A stretch of DNA of 64,000 bases. It comes from Burkholderiales bacterium (GTDB taxonomy: Bacteria > Pseudomonadota > Gammaproteobacteria > Burkholderiales > SG8-39). A program made the translations under genes and the position numbers. Below the pieces are notes generated by a model, which made no database searches, was not told where the DNA came from, and saw nothing but the letters and a program-made list of their open reading frames with translations. The number at the start of each line of letters is the position of its first letter. Position 1 is the first letter of the stretch. Positions 38,554 to 46,621 of this stretch are shown here, piece by piece. Where the stretch lies: contig DASRKB010000033.1 in the NCBI GenBank assembly GCA_035649175.1, positions 17,605 through 81,604 of the forward strand, read 5' to 3'.

Positions 38554-39757
38554 CGTACGGCGGTGGAGTGAACAGCCACTCGAACGCGTCGTAATAGCGC
38601 TCCGCCGGGCGGCTGGCGAAGGTCTCGTTGCGCACCAGGCGCTCGATGCCGTCAGGCACATGGAAGATCATGCCGATCAGGCGGTTCGCCGAAATCTGGA
38701 CGCGGGAGGCCCTCACCAGACGGATCTTCTGGTAGTCGAGAAAAGCTTTCCCGAAGTCGCCATCGGCGGCGTCGGCGCAAGCGCCCAGGCACACTGCGTC
38801 CTCCATTGCCATGGCCGCGCCCTGCGCCATGTACTGGAGCATGAAGTGCGCGGCGTCGCCGAGCAGCGTGACGCGCCCCTGGGTCCAGTTCTCCACCGGC
38901 TGGCGGTAGAGCAGCATCCAGCGCCGGAACTCCTTGGGAATCCGCATCAAGCCCAAAATCTTGTCGCAGTAGTGCGAGAAGAAGGGCAGCGCCTCCTGCG
39001 GTCCGGCGAGCTCGTTGTGTCCGCCGCTCGTGTGCCTGCCGATGACGGTGGCGACCAGGTTGAAGAGCTTCCAGCCGCGCAGCGGGTAGTGGACGATGTG
39101 CGTGTCGTGCGCCGCCCAGAGCGTCGCCGCCGGCAGGCGCAGGTCCTTGGGCACCTCATCGATGTTCAGCACGGCGCGATAACACATGTGGCCGGTGATC
39201 GGCGGCAGCGGATCGCCGACGATCTTCTCGCGAATCGCCGAGCGACCGCCGTCGGCGCCGACCAGGGCGGCACCCCGGATTGGCTCTCCTTTCTTGGTCC
39301 TGACCAGGACCTCGTCCCCACTCGCTTCGAACCCCGTGACTCGCGTGCTCGTACGGAGCTCGATCAGCCCGGGCAACGCCTTGCACCCATCGAGGAGGGA
39401 GCCGTGGATGTCGGCGCGGTGCGTCACGGCGTAGGGGTTACCGAAGCGTCGCGCGAAGCGCGCGTCGAGCGGCATGTCGATCACGCGCTCACCGCTCACG
39501 CCGTCGAACATCAGCAGGCGCTCGATGAACACCGCCTCCTTCTTGACGAGCCGACCGACGCCGAGCGCGTCGAGGGCATGCCAGGCGTTGGGCGCGATCT
39601 GGATGCCGGCGCCGATCTCGCCGAACGCTTGCGCCTGCTCGAGCACCAGCGAGCGGAAGCCCTTGCGCGCGAGCGCGAGCGCGCACGCGAGCCCGCCGAT
39701 GCCGCCGCCGGCGATAACCACCGGGTCCCGGTTGCGACTCGAGCGCGCGGAGCTCAT
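38393..39757 (-). CDS. FAD-dependent aromatic hydroxylase, 3-hydroxybenzoate 6-hydroxylase/salicylate hydroxylase type (454 aa including an unusual ~50-aa tail)
   Basis: Track ORF 38393..39931(-), trimmed to ATG 39757..39755 (MSSARSSRNRDPVVIAGGGIGGLACALALARKG). It has DG..S (GADGGRSAIR) and GDAAH motifs. The recognisable domain ends near ...YDAFEWLFTPPPYV, but the first in-frame stop is at 38393, inside the convergent gene. Confidence 0.8.
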   Translation of the reverse strand: MSSARSSRNRDPVVIAGGGIGGLACALALARKGFRSLVLEQAQAFGEIGAGIQIAPNAWHALDALGVGRLVKKEAVFIERLLMFDGVSGERVIDMPLDARFARRFGNPYAVTHRADIHGSLLDGCKALPGLIELRTSTRVTGFEASGDEVLVRTKKGEPIRGAALVGADGGRSAIREKIVGDPLPPITGHMCYRAVLNIDEVPKDLRLPAATLWAAHDTHIVHYPLRGWKLFNLVATVIGRHTSGGHNELAGPQEALPFFSHYCDKILGLMRIPKEFRRWMLLYRQPVENWTQGRVTLLGDAAHFMLQYMAQGAAMAMEDAVCLGACADAADGDFGKAFLDYQKIRLVRASRVQISANRLIGMIFHVPDGIERLVRNETFASRPAERYYDAFEWLFTPPPYVRDFARGGPGRSRRSSAPRRASSRAPARSRGSRAPAARPARRPPLRRKASRDR

Positions 39758-39796
39758 GCGCGTCCGATTGTACGCGGCTGCAATAGAATCGCCGCC

Positions 39797-40381
39797 ATGC
39801 CCCTGCGCATTCTCCTCCTCGCCTGGCTGCCGGCAGCGCACGCTCATCACGCCATGGACTACGCCACGCCGGCGACGGCGCTGGACGGGCTGCTTTCTGG
39901 GCTTGCGCACCCTGTCATCGGCGTGGATCACCTGCTCTTCATCGTCGCGGCCGGTGTGCTTGCCGCGCAGGCGCGCCTTGGGCTCGCGCTGCTTCTCGCC
40001 TTCGTCATCGCGTCGGTGCTCGCCGCCGCCCTACGGGCCGCGGGCGCGGGCCTGGAGCTCCACGAGGCCTGGGTCGCTGTCTCGCTTCTCGTGCTGGCGG
40101 CGCTCTTGCTCGGGCGCGCGACGCTGCCCCCCGCCGTCCTGGCCGCGCTCTTCGCCGCGGGCGGCATGGTGCACGGCCAAGCGCTCGGCGCGTCGGTTGT
40201 CGGCGCCGAGCAGTCGCCGCTCGCCGCCTACTTCATCGGCCTCATCGTCGTGCAGTGCGCCATCGCCGCGAGCGGCTGGGCGCTTTGCGCGTGGGTGCGC
40301 GGGCGCTGGCCGTCAATGCCGCTGCAGCGCTTCATGGGCGCGACGCTTGGCGGCGCGGCGCTGCTGTTCCTCGGGCTCTAG
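39797..40381 (+). CDS. HupE/UreJ-family membrane protein (194 aa)
   Basis: This is the tail of track ORF 38660..40381(+), from ATG 39797 (MPLRILLLAWLPAAHAHHAMD...). The signal peptide is followed by His residues and the HPVIGVDHLLF motif. Six hydrophobic segments. Confidence 0.85.
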   Translation: MPLRILLLAWLPAAHAHHAMDYATPATALDGLLSGLAHPVIGVDHLLFIVAAGVLAAQARLGLALLLAFVIASVLAAALRAAGAGLELHEAWVAVSLLVLAALLLGRATLPPAVLAALFAAGGMVHGQALGASVVGAEQSPLAAYFIGLIVVQCAIAASGWALCAWVRGRWPSMPLQRFMGATLGGAALLFLGL

Positions 40382-40923
40382 ACCCAGACCTGCAGCACGT
40401 AGTCGTAGGCGGCTTGCGCGTTGGTCATGTCCACGCGCTGCAGCTTGATGCGGTAGCCGCTCTTCGCTTTCTCGAGCTTGTGAAGATACGAACCGGCGAA
40501 GTGGCGCACGTCGTCGCGCCTGAGCTCGAGCATGTGGAAGCGCGAGCGCACCTCGATCTCGCTCCCCGAGCTCTTGAGTACCTGGACGTTCGACACCACG
40601 TGGTTCGTGCCCCAGAGCGGCCGCTGCGACCACGCGTCCGGGTGCAGCACGCGCTTCATGCGCACCATCATCAGGTTCTTGTCCTCGGCGAAGATCGCCG
40701 GCATGCCGTCCCAGGTCCTGTGCGAGGGCTCCGGCGGCATCCAGTAGACGCCGTCGTCGGCGAAGAGGTCGATCCAGTCCTGCCACTGCTTGCCGTCCAG
40801 CAGCTCCGCCTGCTTGTAGAGAAACTGCTCGATCTCATGCTGCAGGTCGGCGCGCTTGGGCACCGGCTTCCTGCCCGGCTCCTTCACCGGCGGCTTCTTC
40901 TTTCCCTTCGATTTCGTCGCCAC
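40378..40923 (-). CDS. aromatic-ring-hydroxylating (Rieske-type) oxygenase beta subunit (181 aa, GTG start)
   Basis: Track ORF 40378..41100(-). The NTF2-like beta-subunit core is IEQFLYKQAELLDGKQWQDWIDLFADDGVYWMP...YDYVLQVWV. GTG 40923..40921 lies 2 nt after the alpha-subunit TAG, with GGAGG 10 nt upstream. Confidence 0.8.
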   Translation of the reverse strand: MATKSKGKKKPPVKEPGRKPVPKRADLQHEIEQFLYKQAELLDGKQWQDWIDLFADDGVYWMPPEPSHRTWDGMPAIFAEDKNLMMVRMKRVLHPDAWSQRPLWGTNHVVSNVQVLKSSGSEIEVRSRFHMLELRRDDVRHFAGSYLHKLEKAKSGYRIKLQRVDMTNAQAAYDYVLQVWV

Positions 40924-40925
40924 GG

Positions 40926-42257
40926 CTACTTGCCTCCGTTCATGTAGGCCGCCCAGGCTTTCATCTGGTTGCGCATCGGCGCCTCCGAGGTGCCGCAGTT
41001 GGGGGCGGTCTGGACCACGCCGTCGTTCTCGACATCGCGTCCCAGGTGCCGCGCGAAGCTCACCCAGTCGCCGCCGTCGGAGGAGAGGCCCTGGTGGCAC
41101 TTCCAGAAGTTCTCCAGGTCGTCCGCGTTGACCAGCGTGGCGGGCGAATTGACCAGGTTGTAGTAGGCGAGGGAGCGGCGATAGATCGCCTCGGGCGCGC
41201 CTTTCAGGCGGAAGTGCCAGATCTCGGTGAGCGTTCGGTCGACTCCGAGCGGGCGCACCGCGCGCAGCTGCTGCAGCGGCGACTGCACCGAGAGCCCGGG
41301 ATAGATGAGGACGTGGTGGATGTTCACGCCCACGATCTCCTCAAAGCGCTTCCGTCCATACGCCTTGATCATGATCTTGTCATAGGCCAGCGTGTCCGGG
41401 TCCTGTGGCCGCAGCCCCATGTAGCCCGTCAGGATGCAATGGCCGTACGGGTAGTTGAGCGTCTGGAAGTTGTCCCACTTGTCGATCGTCACCGTCGCGA
41501 AGGCGGAAAGCATGTGGTAGGAGAGCGGCGCCTCGCCCTTTTTCGTTCGCTTCGCGATCTGCTTCTCCACCTCGTGCGCGGCGCGCCCGGTGGACTGGTG
41601 CGTCACCGACGGATGCAGCGCGTCGAGCTGGTTCTCGAGGAAGATCTTCCAGTTCGAGTGCTGGATCACGCGGAAGCAATTCGGCACGACCTCCACCCCG
41701 CCTTCCGGGGCGCGGTCGCACATGTCATCGAAGGCGACGATGCTCTTGCCGAGGAACTCCTTGAGCGAAGGCCCTTCGCTCGCCAGGCTGGCGAAGACGA
41801 AGCCGCGATAGTTCTCGACGCGAGCCGCATGCTTCATGCAGAGCTCGGGGCTTTCCTTGCTGAGCCGGGTGCCCGCGTAGCCCGACTCCATCATCGGGAT
41901 GTTGCGCAGCTTTCCGTCGTGGTGGAAGGTCCAGGCGTGGTAGGAGCAGCGGAAGAACTCGCCCGTGTTGCCGTGGCGGTCGCCGCAGATCATGTTGCCG
42001 CGGTGCGGGCAGCGGTTGTAGAGCACGTTCACCTTGCCGTCCGAGCCGCGCACCATGATCATCGGCTGGCGGCCGATCTGCACCGTGTAATAGTCGCCGG
42101 CCTTCGGCACCTGCGTCTCGTGCCCGCAGTAGATCCACACCTTCTCGTGGATGCGCTCCATCTCGAGCGCGAAGATCGCGGGATCGGTGTAGACCTCCTT
42201 GCGCACGCGGTCGGGCTCGACGAAGCGGCTCAGGTCGGGAATGCTCTCTCTCAGCAT
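40926..42257 (-). CDS. aromatic-ring-hydroxylating (Rieske-type) oxygenase alpha subunit (443 aa)
   Basis: Track ORF 40926..42296(-), trimmed to ATG 42257..42255 with a GAGGAGGA Shine-Dalgarno. Rieske motif CPHRGNMICGDRHGNTGEFFRCSYHAW and mononuclear-iron motif ENQLDALHPSVTH. Confidence 0.9.
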   Translation of the reverse strand: MLRESIPDLSRFVEPDRVRKEVYTDPAIFALEMERIHEKVWIYCGHETQVPKAGDYYTVQIGRQPMIMVRGSDGKVNVLYNRCPHRGNMICGDRHGNTGEFFRCSYHAWTFHHDGKLRNIPMMESGYAGTRLSKESPELCMKHAARVENYRGFVFASLASEGPSLKEFLGKSIVAFDDMCDRAPEGGVEVVPNCFRVIQHSNWKIFLENQLDALHPSVTHQSTGRAAHEVEKQIAKRTKKGEAPLSYHMLSAFATVTIDKWDNFQTLNYPYGHCILTGYMGLRPQDPDTLAYDKIMIKAYGRKRFEEIVGVNIHHVLIYPGLSVQSPLQQLRAVRPLGVDRTLTEIWHFRLKGAPEAIYRRSLAYYNLVNSPATLVNADDLENFWKCHQGLSSDGGDWVSFARHLGRDVENDGVVQTAPNCGTSEAPMRNQMKAWAAYMNGGK

Positions 42258-42307
42258 GGAAATTTCCTCCTCGGCTGCATGACGCAATCTTCGCATATCA
42301 TCCGCCC

Positions 42308-42910
42308 ATGCCCAGGGAGCGGACGCGAATCGTCGTCGCCATCACCGGCGCGAGCGGCGCCATCTACGGCATCCGCCTCCTGGAAGCGCTGGCCGAGGCG
42401 CGCGAGGTCGAGGTCCACCTGATCCTCAGCCGCGGCGGCAAGCTCACCCTCGGCGTCGAGACCGGCTGGAAAGTGAAGGACGTCGAGGCGCTGGCGCACA
42501 AGGTCCATAGCGACCAGGACCTCGCCGCGCCGCTGTCGAGCGGCTCGTTCCGCACCGCGGGAATGATCGTCGCGCCCTGCTCGATCAAGACCCTTTCCGG
42601 GATCGTGAACTCGTACGCCGATACGCTGGTGGTGCGCGCCGCCGACGTGGTGCTGAAGGAAGGCCGCCGGCTGGTGCTCATGCCGCGCGAGACGCCGCTC
42701 CACGCCGGGCATTGCCGGCTGCTCATGCAGGCCGCCGAGATGGGCGCGGTCATCGCGCCGCCGATGCCGGCGTTCTACAACGCGCCGAAGAGCATCGACG
42801 ACCTCGTGAACCACAACGTTGGCCGGGTGCTCGACCTCTTCGACATCGACAGCGGCTTGGTGCGGCGTTGGAAGGGCCCGGGCAGGAACCCGCCTACAGT
42901 CGAGGTCTGA
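42308..42910 (+). CDS. ubiX: UbiX-family flavin prenyltransferase (200 aa)
   Basis: Track ORF 42308..42910(+). RIVVAITGASGAIYGIRLLEAL...GMIVAPCSIKTLSGIVNSYADTLVVRAADVVLKEGRRLVLMPRETPLH is the UbiX/Pad1 pattern. Confidence 0.9.
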   Translation: MPRERTRIVVAITGASGAIYGIRLLEALAEAREVEVHLILSRGGKLTLGVETGWKVKDVEALAHKVHSDQDLAAPLSSGSFRTAGMIVAPCSIKTLSGIVNSYADTLVVRAADVVLKEGRRLVLMPRETPLHAGHCRLLMQAAEMGAVIAPPMPAFYNAPKSIDDLVNHNVGRVLDLFDIDSGLVRRWKGPGRNPPTVEV

Positions 42911-43919
42911 CCTCCGCGGCGAAGAGCTCGAGCGAGCGCATCGCCACCGCGGGCGGCAGGTCGCCGAAGGAAAAGACGCAGAGCAGGTAGTTCATCCCGC
43001 TCTCGGCAACGATGGACTTCAATTGTCTTAGAACGTTCTCTGGACTTCCGGCCACGAGCCGCATCACCGACGTCTCCGAGAACGGGTCGAGCGGCATCAC
43101 GTCCGGGCGGCCGTGCTTGCGCGTGAGATGGTGGATGTGGCTCTTCCATGTCTCGTACGCCCGAACGCCCGCCTCGACCGCCTCCTTCCCGCTCTCCGCG
43201 ATGACAAGGTGCTGCGTGCGCGCGAGGAAGGGCTCGGCCACATGGGCGTTGTGCCGGTCGGGCTCGTTCCGGTTCCGCTCCCAGACCTCGCGGTACTGCG
43301 TGAACCGCACCTTGGCCTCGGCGTGGCTCGAGATGACGGCGGTGTGGTAGCCGTGGCGGGCGGTGAACTCGATCGAGTCCTTGTTCGAGCTCGGGAACCA
43401 CAGCGGCGGATAGGGCTTCTGCACCGGCTTGTTGTAGAGCTCTACGTCTCTATATCGGAAATGCCGGCCGTCGAAGTTCAACGTGGAACTGCTGCAAGCC
43501 TGAAAGAACACTTCTAGCGTCTCCCGGTACCGGGCGCGCGAGGCCTCCGTGTCCGCGAGGCCGAAGATCAGCGACTCGATCGGCGACACGCCGCGCCCCA
43601 CGCCGAGCTCGAGGCGCCCGCCCGAGAGCTGGTCGAGCATGCAGACCTCGTTGTAGAAGCGGTAGGGGTCGTACCAGGGCAGGCAGAAGGTGAGGGCGCC
43701 GAGGCGCAGCCGGCGCGTGCGCTGGCTCATGGCGGCGAGGAGCAGGGCGGGCGATGCGTCGATGGAGAGAGGCGTGCCCTGGTGCTCGGCGAGCATATAG
43801 GCGTGAAAGCCCGCATTGTCGGCCGCCTCGGCGAGCGCGAGCTTGTGCGCGAATACCTCGCCCGGCGCGAGCCGCGTATGGTGCTCTACCCAGTCGAACA
43901 GGCCGTATCGCATCGGCAT
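42894..43919 (-). CDS. LLM-class (luciferase-like) flavin-dependent oxidoreductase (341 aa)
   Basis: Track ORF 42894..43919(-). ...AEAADNAGFHAYMLAEHQGTP...RLRLGALTFCLPWYDP...QLSGGRLELGVGRG is the typical LLM N-terminal half. Confidence 0.85.
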   Translation of the reverse strand: MPMRYGLFDWVEHHTRLAPGEVFAHKLALAEAADNAGFHAYMLAEHQGTPLSIDASPALLLAAMSQRTRRLRLGALTFCLPWYDPYRFYNEVCMLDQLSGGRLELGVGRGVSPIESLIFGLADTEASRARYRETLEVFFQACSSSTLNFDGRHFRYRDVELYNKPVQKPYPPLWFPSSNKDSIEFTARHGYHTAVISSHAEAKVRFTQYREVWERNRNEPDRHNAHVAEPFLARTQHLVIAESGKEAVEAGVRAYETWKSHIHHLTRKHGRPDVMPLDPFSETSVMRLVAGSPENVLRQLKSIVAESGMNYLLCVFSFGDLPPAVAMRSLELFAAEVRPRL

Positions 43920-44027
43920 TATCGATCGCTCCGATGAACGGCGCGGCCGCCATCGCGTTCGTCGAGCCCACTGCGAATGCCGTGGCCTACGACTTCCACG
44001 AGCGCGCCTGGCAATGGTTCGGGCGGC

Positions 44028-44225
44028 CTACTTCTTCTTCTTCTCGAGCAGCCAGTCCGGCGAGCGCTTCGGCCGCTGGGTAGGCGCGGGCGGCTTTTCG
44101 CCCCGCCGCACGCGCGCGGCTTCGGTGCTGTCGGGCTGCGCCGAGGAAACCGGATCGCTCGCCGGGAACGTCTCCTTGACGCCCTCGTCGACGACCTCGT
44201 CGGTGGTCGGCTTGCGTTTCTTCAT
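44028..44225 (-). CDS. small Lys-rich hypothetical protein (65 aa)
   Basis: Track ORF 44028..44225(-). G/C third positions are strongly coding-like. It contains a ...KETFPASDP... motif that I recall from small conserved hypothetical proteins (unverified). It lies 30 nt downstream of the last ABC gene on the same strand. No clear Shine-Dalgarno. Confidence 0.5.
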   Translation of the reverse strand: MKKRKPTTDEVVDEGVKETFPASDPVSSAQPDSTEAARVRRGEKPPAPTQRPKRSPDWLLEKKKK

Positions 44226-44255
44226 GCGCCTGCTGAAGCACTTTTCGTTCCCGCA

Positions 44256-44957
44256 TCACACTCCTAGATAGCGGTGCCATAGGCCACGGTCGGCGTCGAG
44301 GGCCGCAGAGGTCCCCTGCCAGGCGACCCGGCCGCGCTCGATGATGGTGTGCCGGTCGGCGAGGCGCACCAGGCGCTCGACGTACTTGTCGATGACGAGG
44401 ATGGTCTGGCCGGCCGTGCGCAGGCGCTCGAGGCACTTCCAGATCTCCTCGCGCACGAGCGGCGCGAGGCCTTCGGTCGCCTCGTCGAGGATCAGGAGGT
44501 GCGGGTTGGTGACGAGCGCCCGGCCGATGGCGAGCATCTGCTGCTCCCCGCCGGAGAGCTGGTTCCCCATGTTGTCCTTGCGCCTCTCCAGGTTCGGAAA
44601 CATTTCGAGCACCCGCGCGGGCGTCCAGGGATCCCGGCGGCTGGCCCGGTTGCCGGCGAACGCCTCGAGGTGCTCGCGCACGCTGAGGTTGGGAAAGATC
44701 TGCCGCCCCTCGGGCACGAGCGCGATGCCTGCCCGCGCGATGCGATCGGGCGCTCCGCGCTCGATGCGCTCGCCGCGGAAGGTGATCGCGCCGCCCCTCG
44801 CCGGCGTGAGGCCCAGGATCGAGCGCACGGTGGTCGTCTTCCCCATGCCGTTGCGGCCAAGCAGGGTGCTCACTTGTCCTTCGAGAATCTCGAAGGAAAT
44901 GCCGAAGAGCACCTGGCTTGCGCCGTAGGCGGTCTCGAGGCTCTCAACGCGCAACAA
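44256..44957 (-). CDS. ABC transporter ATP-binding protein, LivF type (233 aa, TTG start)
   Basis: Track ORF 44256..44957(-). Walker A GRNGMGKTT, signature LSGGEQQ, Walker B LLILDE. The start is TTG 44957 or TTG 44954 and overlaps the LivG-type gene by 14 or 11 nt. Confidence 0.85.
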   Translation of the reverse strand: MLRVESLETAYGASQVLFGISFEILEGQVSTLLGRNGMGKTTTVRSILGLTPARGGAITFRGERIERGAPDRIARAGIALVPEGRQIFPNLSVREHLEAFAGNRASRRDPWTPARVLEMFPNLERRKDNMGNQLSGGEQQMLAIGRALVTNPHLLILDEATEGLAPLVREEIWKCLERLRTAGQTILVIDKYVERLVRLADRHTIIERGRVAWQGTSAALDADRGLWHRYLGV

Positions 44958-45690
44958 CTTCGTCCCCCAGGTAGGCGCGCTTCACCTCGGCGTTGGCCCG
45001 AATCTCCTGCGGCGCGCCGCTCGCGACGATGCGGCCGTTGACCAGCACCGAGATGCGCTCGGCGAGGCGGAACACCGCGTCCATGTCGTGCTCCACGAGC
45101 AGCACCGTCACCTGTTCGCGGATGCGCTCGATGAGCGCGATCATGCGCTGCGACTCCTCCGGGCCCATGCCGGCCATCGGCTCGTCGAGCAGGACGAGCT
45201 TCGGGTGCGTCGCGAGCGCGAGCCCCACCTCGAGCGCGCGCTGGTCGCCGTGCGCCAGGGTCATCGCGAGATGCTCCTTCTTGTCCTGAAGCCCGACCAG
45301 GGAAGCGAGCTGCGCGGCTTCCTCGAACAGCGCCTTCTCCTCCGCCACCGGCCTCCAGAACGAGAGGCTCGAGCCGCTGCGCGCCTGCACCGCGAGGGCG
45401 AGGTTCTCGAGCACGCTGAAGCGCCGGAAGATGCTGGTGATCTGGTAGCTGCGCGCCAGCCCCGCCTTCACGCGCATGTGCTGCGGCTGCTGAGTTACCG
45501 AGTGTCCCTGAAAGAGAATCTCCCCGGCGTCCGCGGGCAGGCTGCCCGATACCTGGGCGATCAGCGTTGTCTTGCCGGCGCCGTTCGGGCCGATGAGGGC
45601 GTGTACCTCGCCGGCTTTCACCGAAAGGCTCACGCGGTCGACCGCCACCACGCCGCCGAAATGCTTGGTGAGCTCCTTTATCTCAAGCAT
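44944..45690 (-). CDS. ABC transporter ATP-binding protein, LivG type (248 aa)
   Basis: Track ORF 44944..45690(-). Walker A GPNGAGKTT and Walker B LVLLDEPMAGM. The ATG overlaps the permease gene by 8 nt. Confidence 0.9.
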   Translation of the reverse strand: MLEIKELTKHFGGVVAVDRVSLSVKAGEVHALIGPNGAGKTTLIAQVSGSLPADAGEILFQGHSVTQQPQHMRVKAGLARSYQITSIFRRFSVLENLALAVQARSGSSLSFWRPVAEEKALFEEAAQLASLVGLQDKKEHLAMTLAHGDQRALEVGLALATHPKLVLLDEPMAGMGPEESQRMIALIERIREQVTVLLVEHDMDAVFRLAERISVLVNGRIVASGAPQEIRANAEVKRAYLGDEVVAR

Positions 45691-46621
45691 GGCGTCGCCT
45701 GGCGAGGAGGCCCGCGATGCCCTGCGGCGCGAAGAGCACGATCGCGAGCAGAATCACCCCGACCGGGAGCTGCCAGTGCAGCGCGTACGCTCCCAGCCAC
45801 TCGCTCCCCGAGAGCGCTTCCTCGAGGGTGAGCAGAACCACGGCGCCGATCGGTCCGCCCCAGAAGCGGCCCACGCCACCGAGGATCACCATGATCATCA
45901 GCGTGCCCGACTGCACCCAGTGCAGCAGGCCGGGCCCCACATAGCTCGACTGGTTCGCGATGAGCGCGCCCGCGAGCCCGGCGATGGCGCCGGAGATGAC
46001 GAAACAGGCGAGCTTGTAGCCGTACACCGGGTAGCCAATGGCGGCGGCGCGTGTTTCATTCTCGCGGATAGCGCCGATGACGCGGCCGAAACGCGATTGG
46101 ATGATGCGGTGCAGGAGGTACAGGACCGCGACAAGAAGCACGAGCACTACGTAGTACCAGGCGATCTCGTTGCGCAGGTCGAGCCCGAGCCCGGTCGAGC
46201 GGCCCGGCATGGACAGCCCATCGTCGCCGCCGTACTCCTTCAGCGAGACGAACACGTAGTACATCATCTGCGCGAAGGCGAGCGTGATCATGATGAAGTA
46301 CACGCCGCGCGTGCGCAGCGACATCGCGCCGATGACGAGCGCGGCGAGCGCCGCGACCGCAACCGCCGCCGGCCACGCGAGCCATGCGCTGCGCACCCCT
46401 TCCACGGCGAGGATGCCGGCGACATACGCCCCGGCGCCGAAGAACGCCGCGTGGCCGAAGCTCACCATCCCTCCGTAGCCGAGCACCAGGTTGAGGCTTG
46501 CCGCCGCCATGGCGTAGATGAGCACTCGGGCGCCGAAGCCGATGTAGAACGTCTGATCGATCGCCTGCATCGCCAGCGGGAACACGATGGCGAGCGCGAG
46601 GGCGAAAAGGGCGGCTTTCAT
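45683..46621 (-). CDS. HAAT ABC permease, LivM type (312 aa)
   Basis: Track ORF 45683..46621(-). Polytopic. ATGA overlap with the LivH-type gene. Confidence 0.9.
   Translation of the reverse strand: MKAALFALALAIVFPLAMQAIDQTFYIGFGARVLIYAMAAASLNLVLGYGGMVSFGHAAFFGAGAYVAGILAVEGVRSAWLAWPAAVAVAALAALVIGAMSLRTRGVYFIMITLAFAQMMYYVFVSLKEYGGDDGLSMPGRSTGLGLDLRNEIAWYYVVLVLLVAVLYLLHRIIQSRFGRVIGAIRENETRAAAIGYPVYGYKLACFVISGAIAGLAGALIANQSSYVGPGLLHWVQSGTLMIMVILGGVGRFWGGPIGAVVLLTLEEALSGSEWLGAYALHWQLPVGVILLAIVLFAPQGIAGLLARRRHA

Noticed and set aside
38393-38560. A simple frameshift or sequencing error as the explanation for the long hydroxylase tail.
   Set aside because: I translated the other two minus-strand frames after ...PPPYV and both also stay open through this stretch. 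A single indel would therefore not restore a normal-length C-terminus. Only a substitution destroying a stop could, and that cannot be judged from one sequence.
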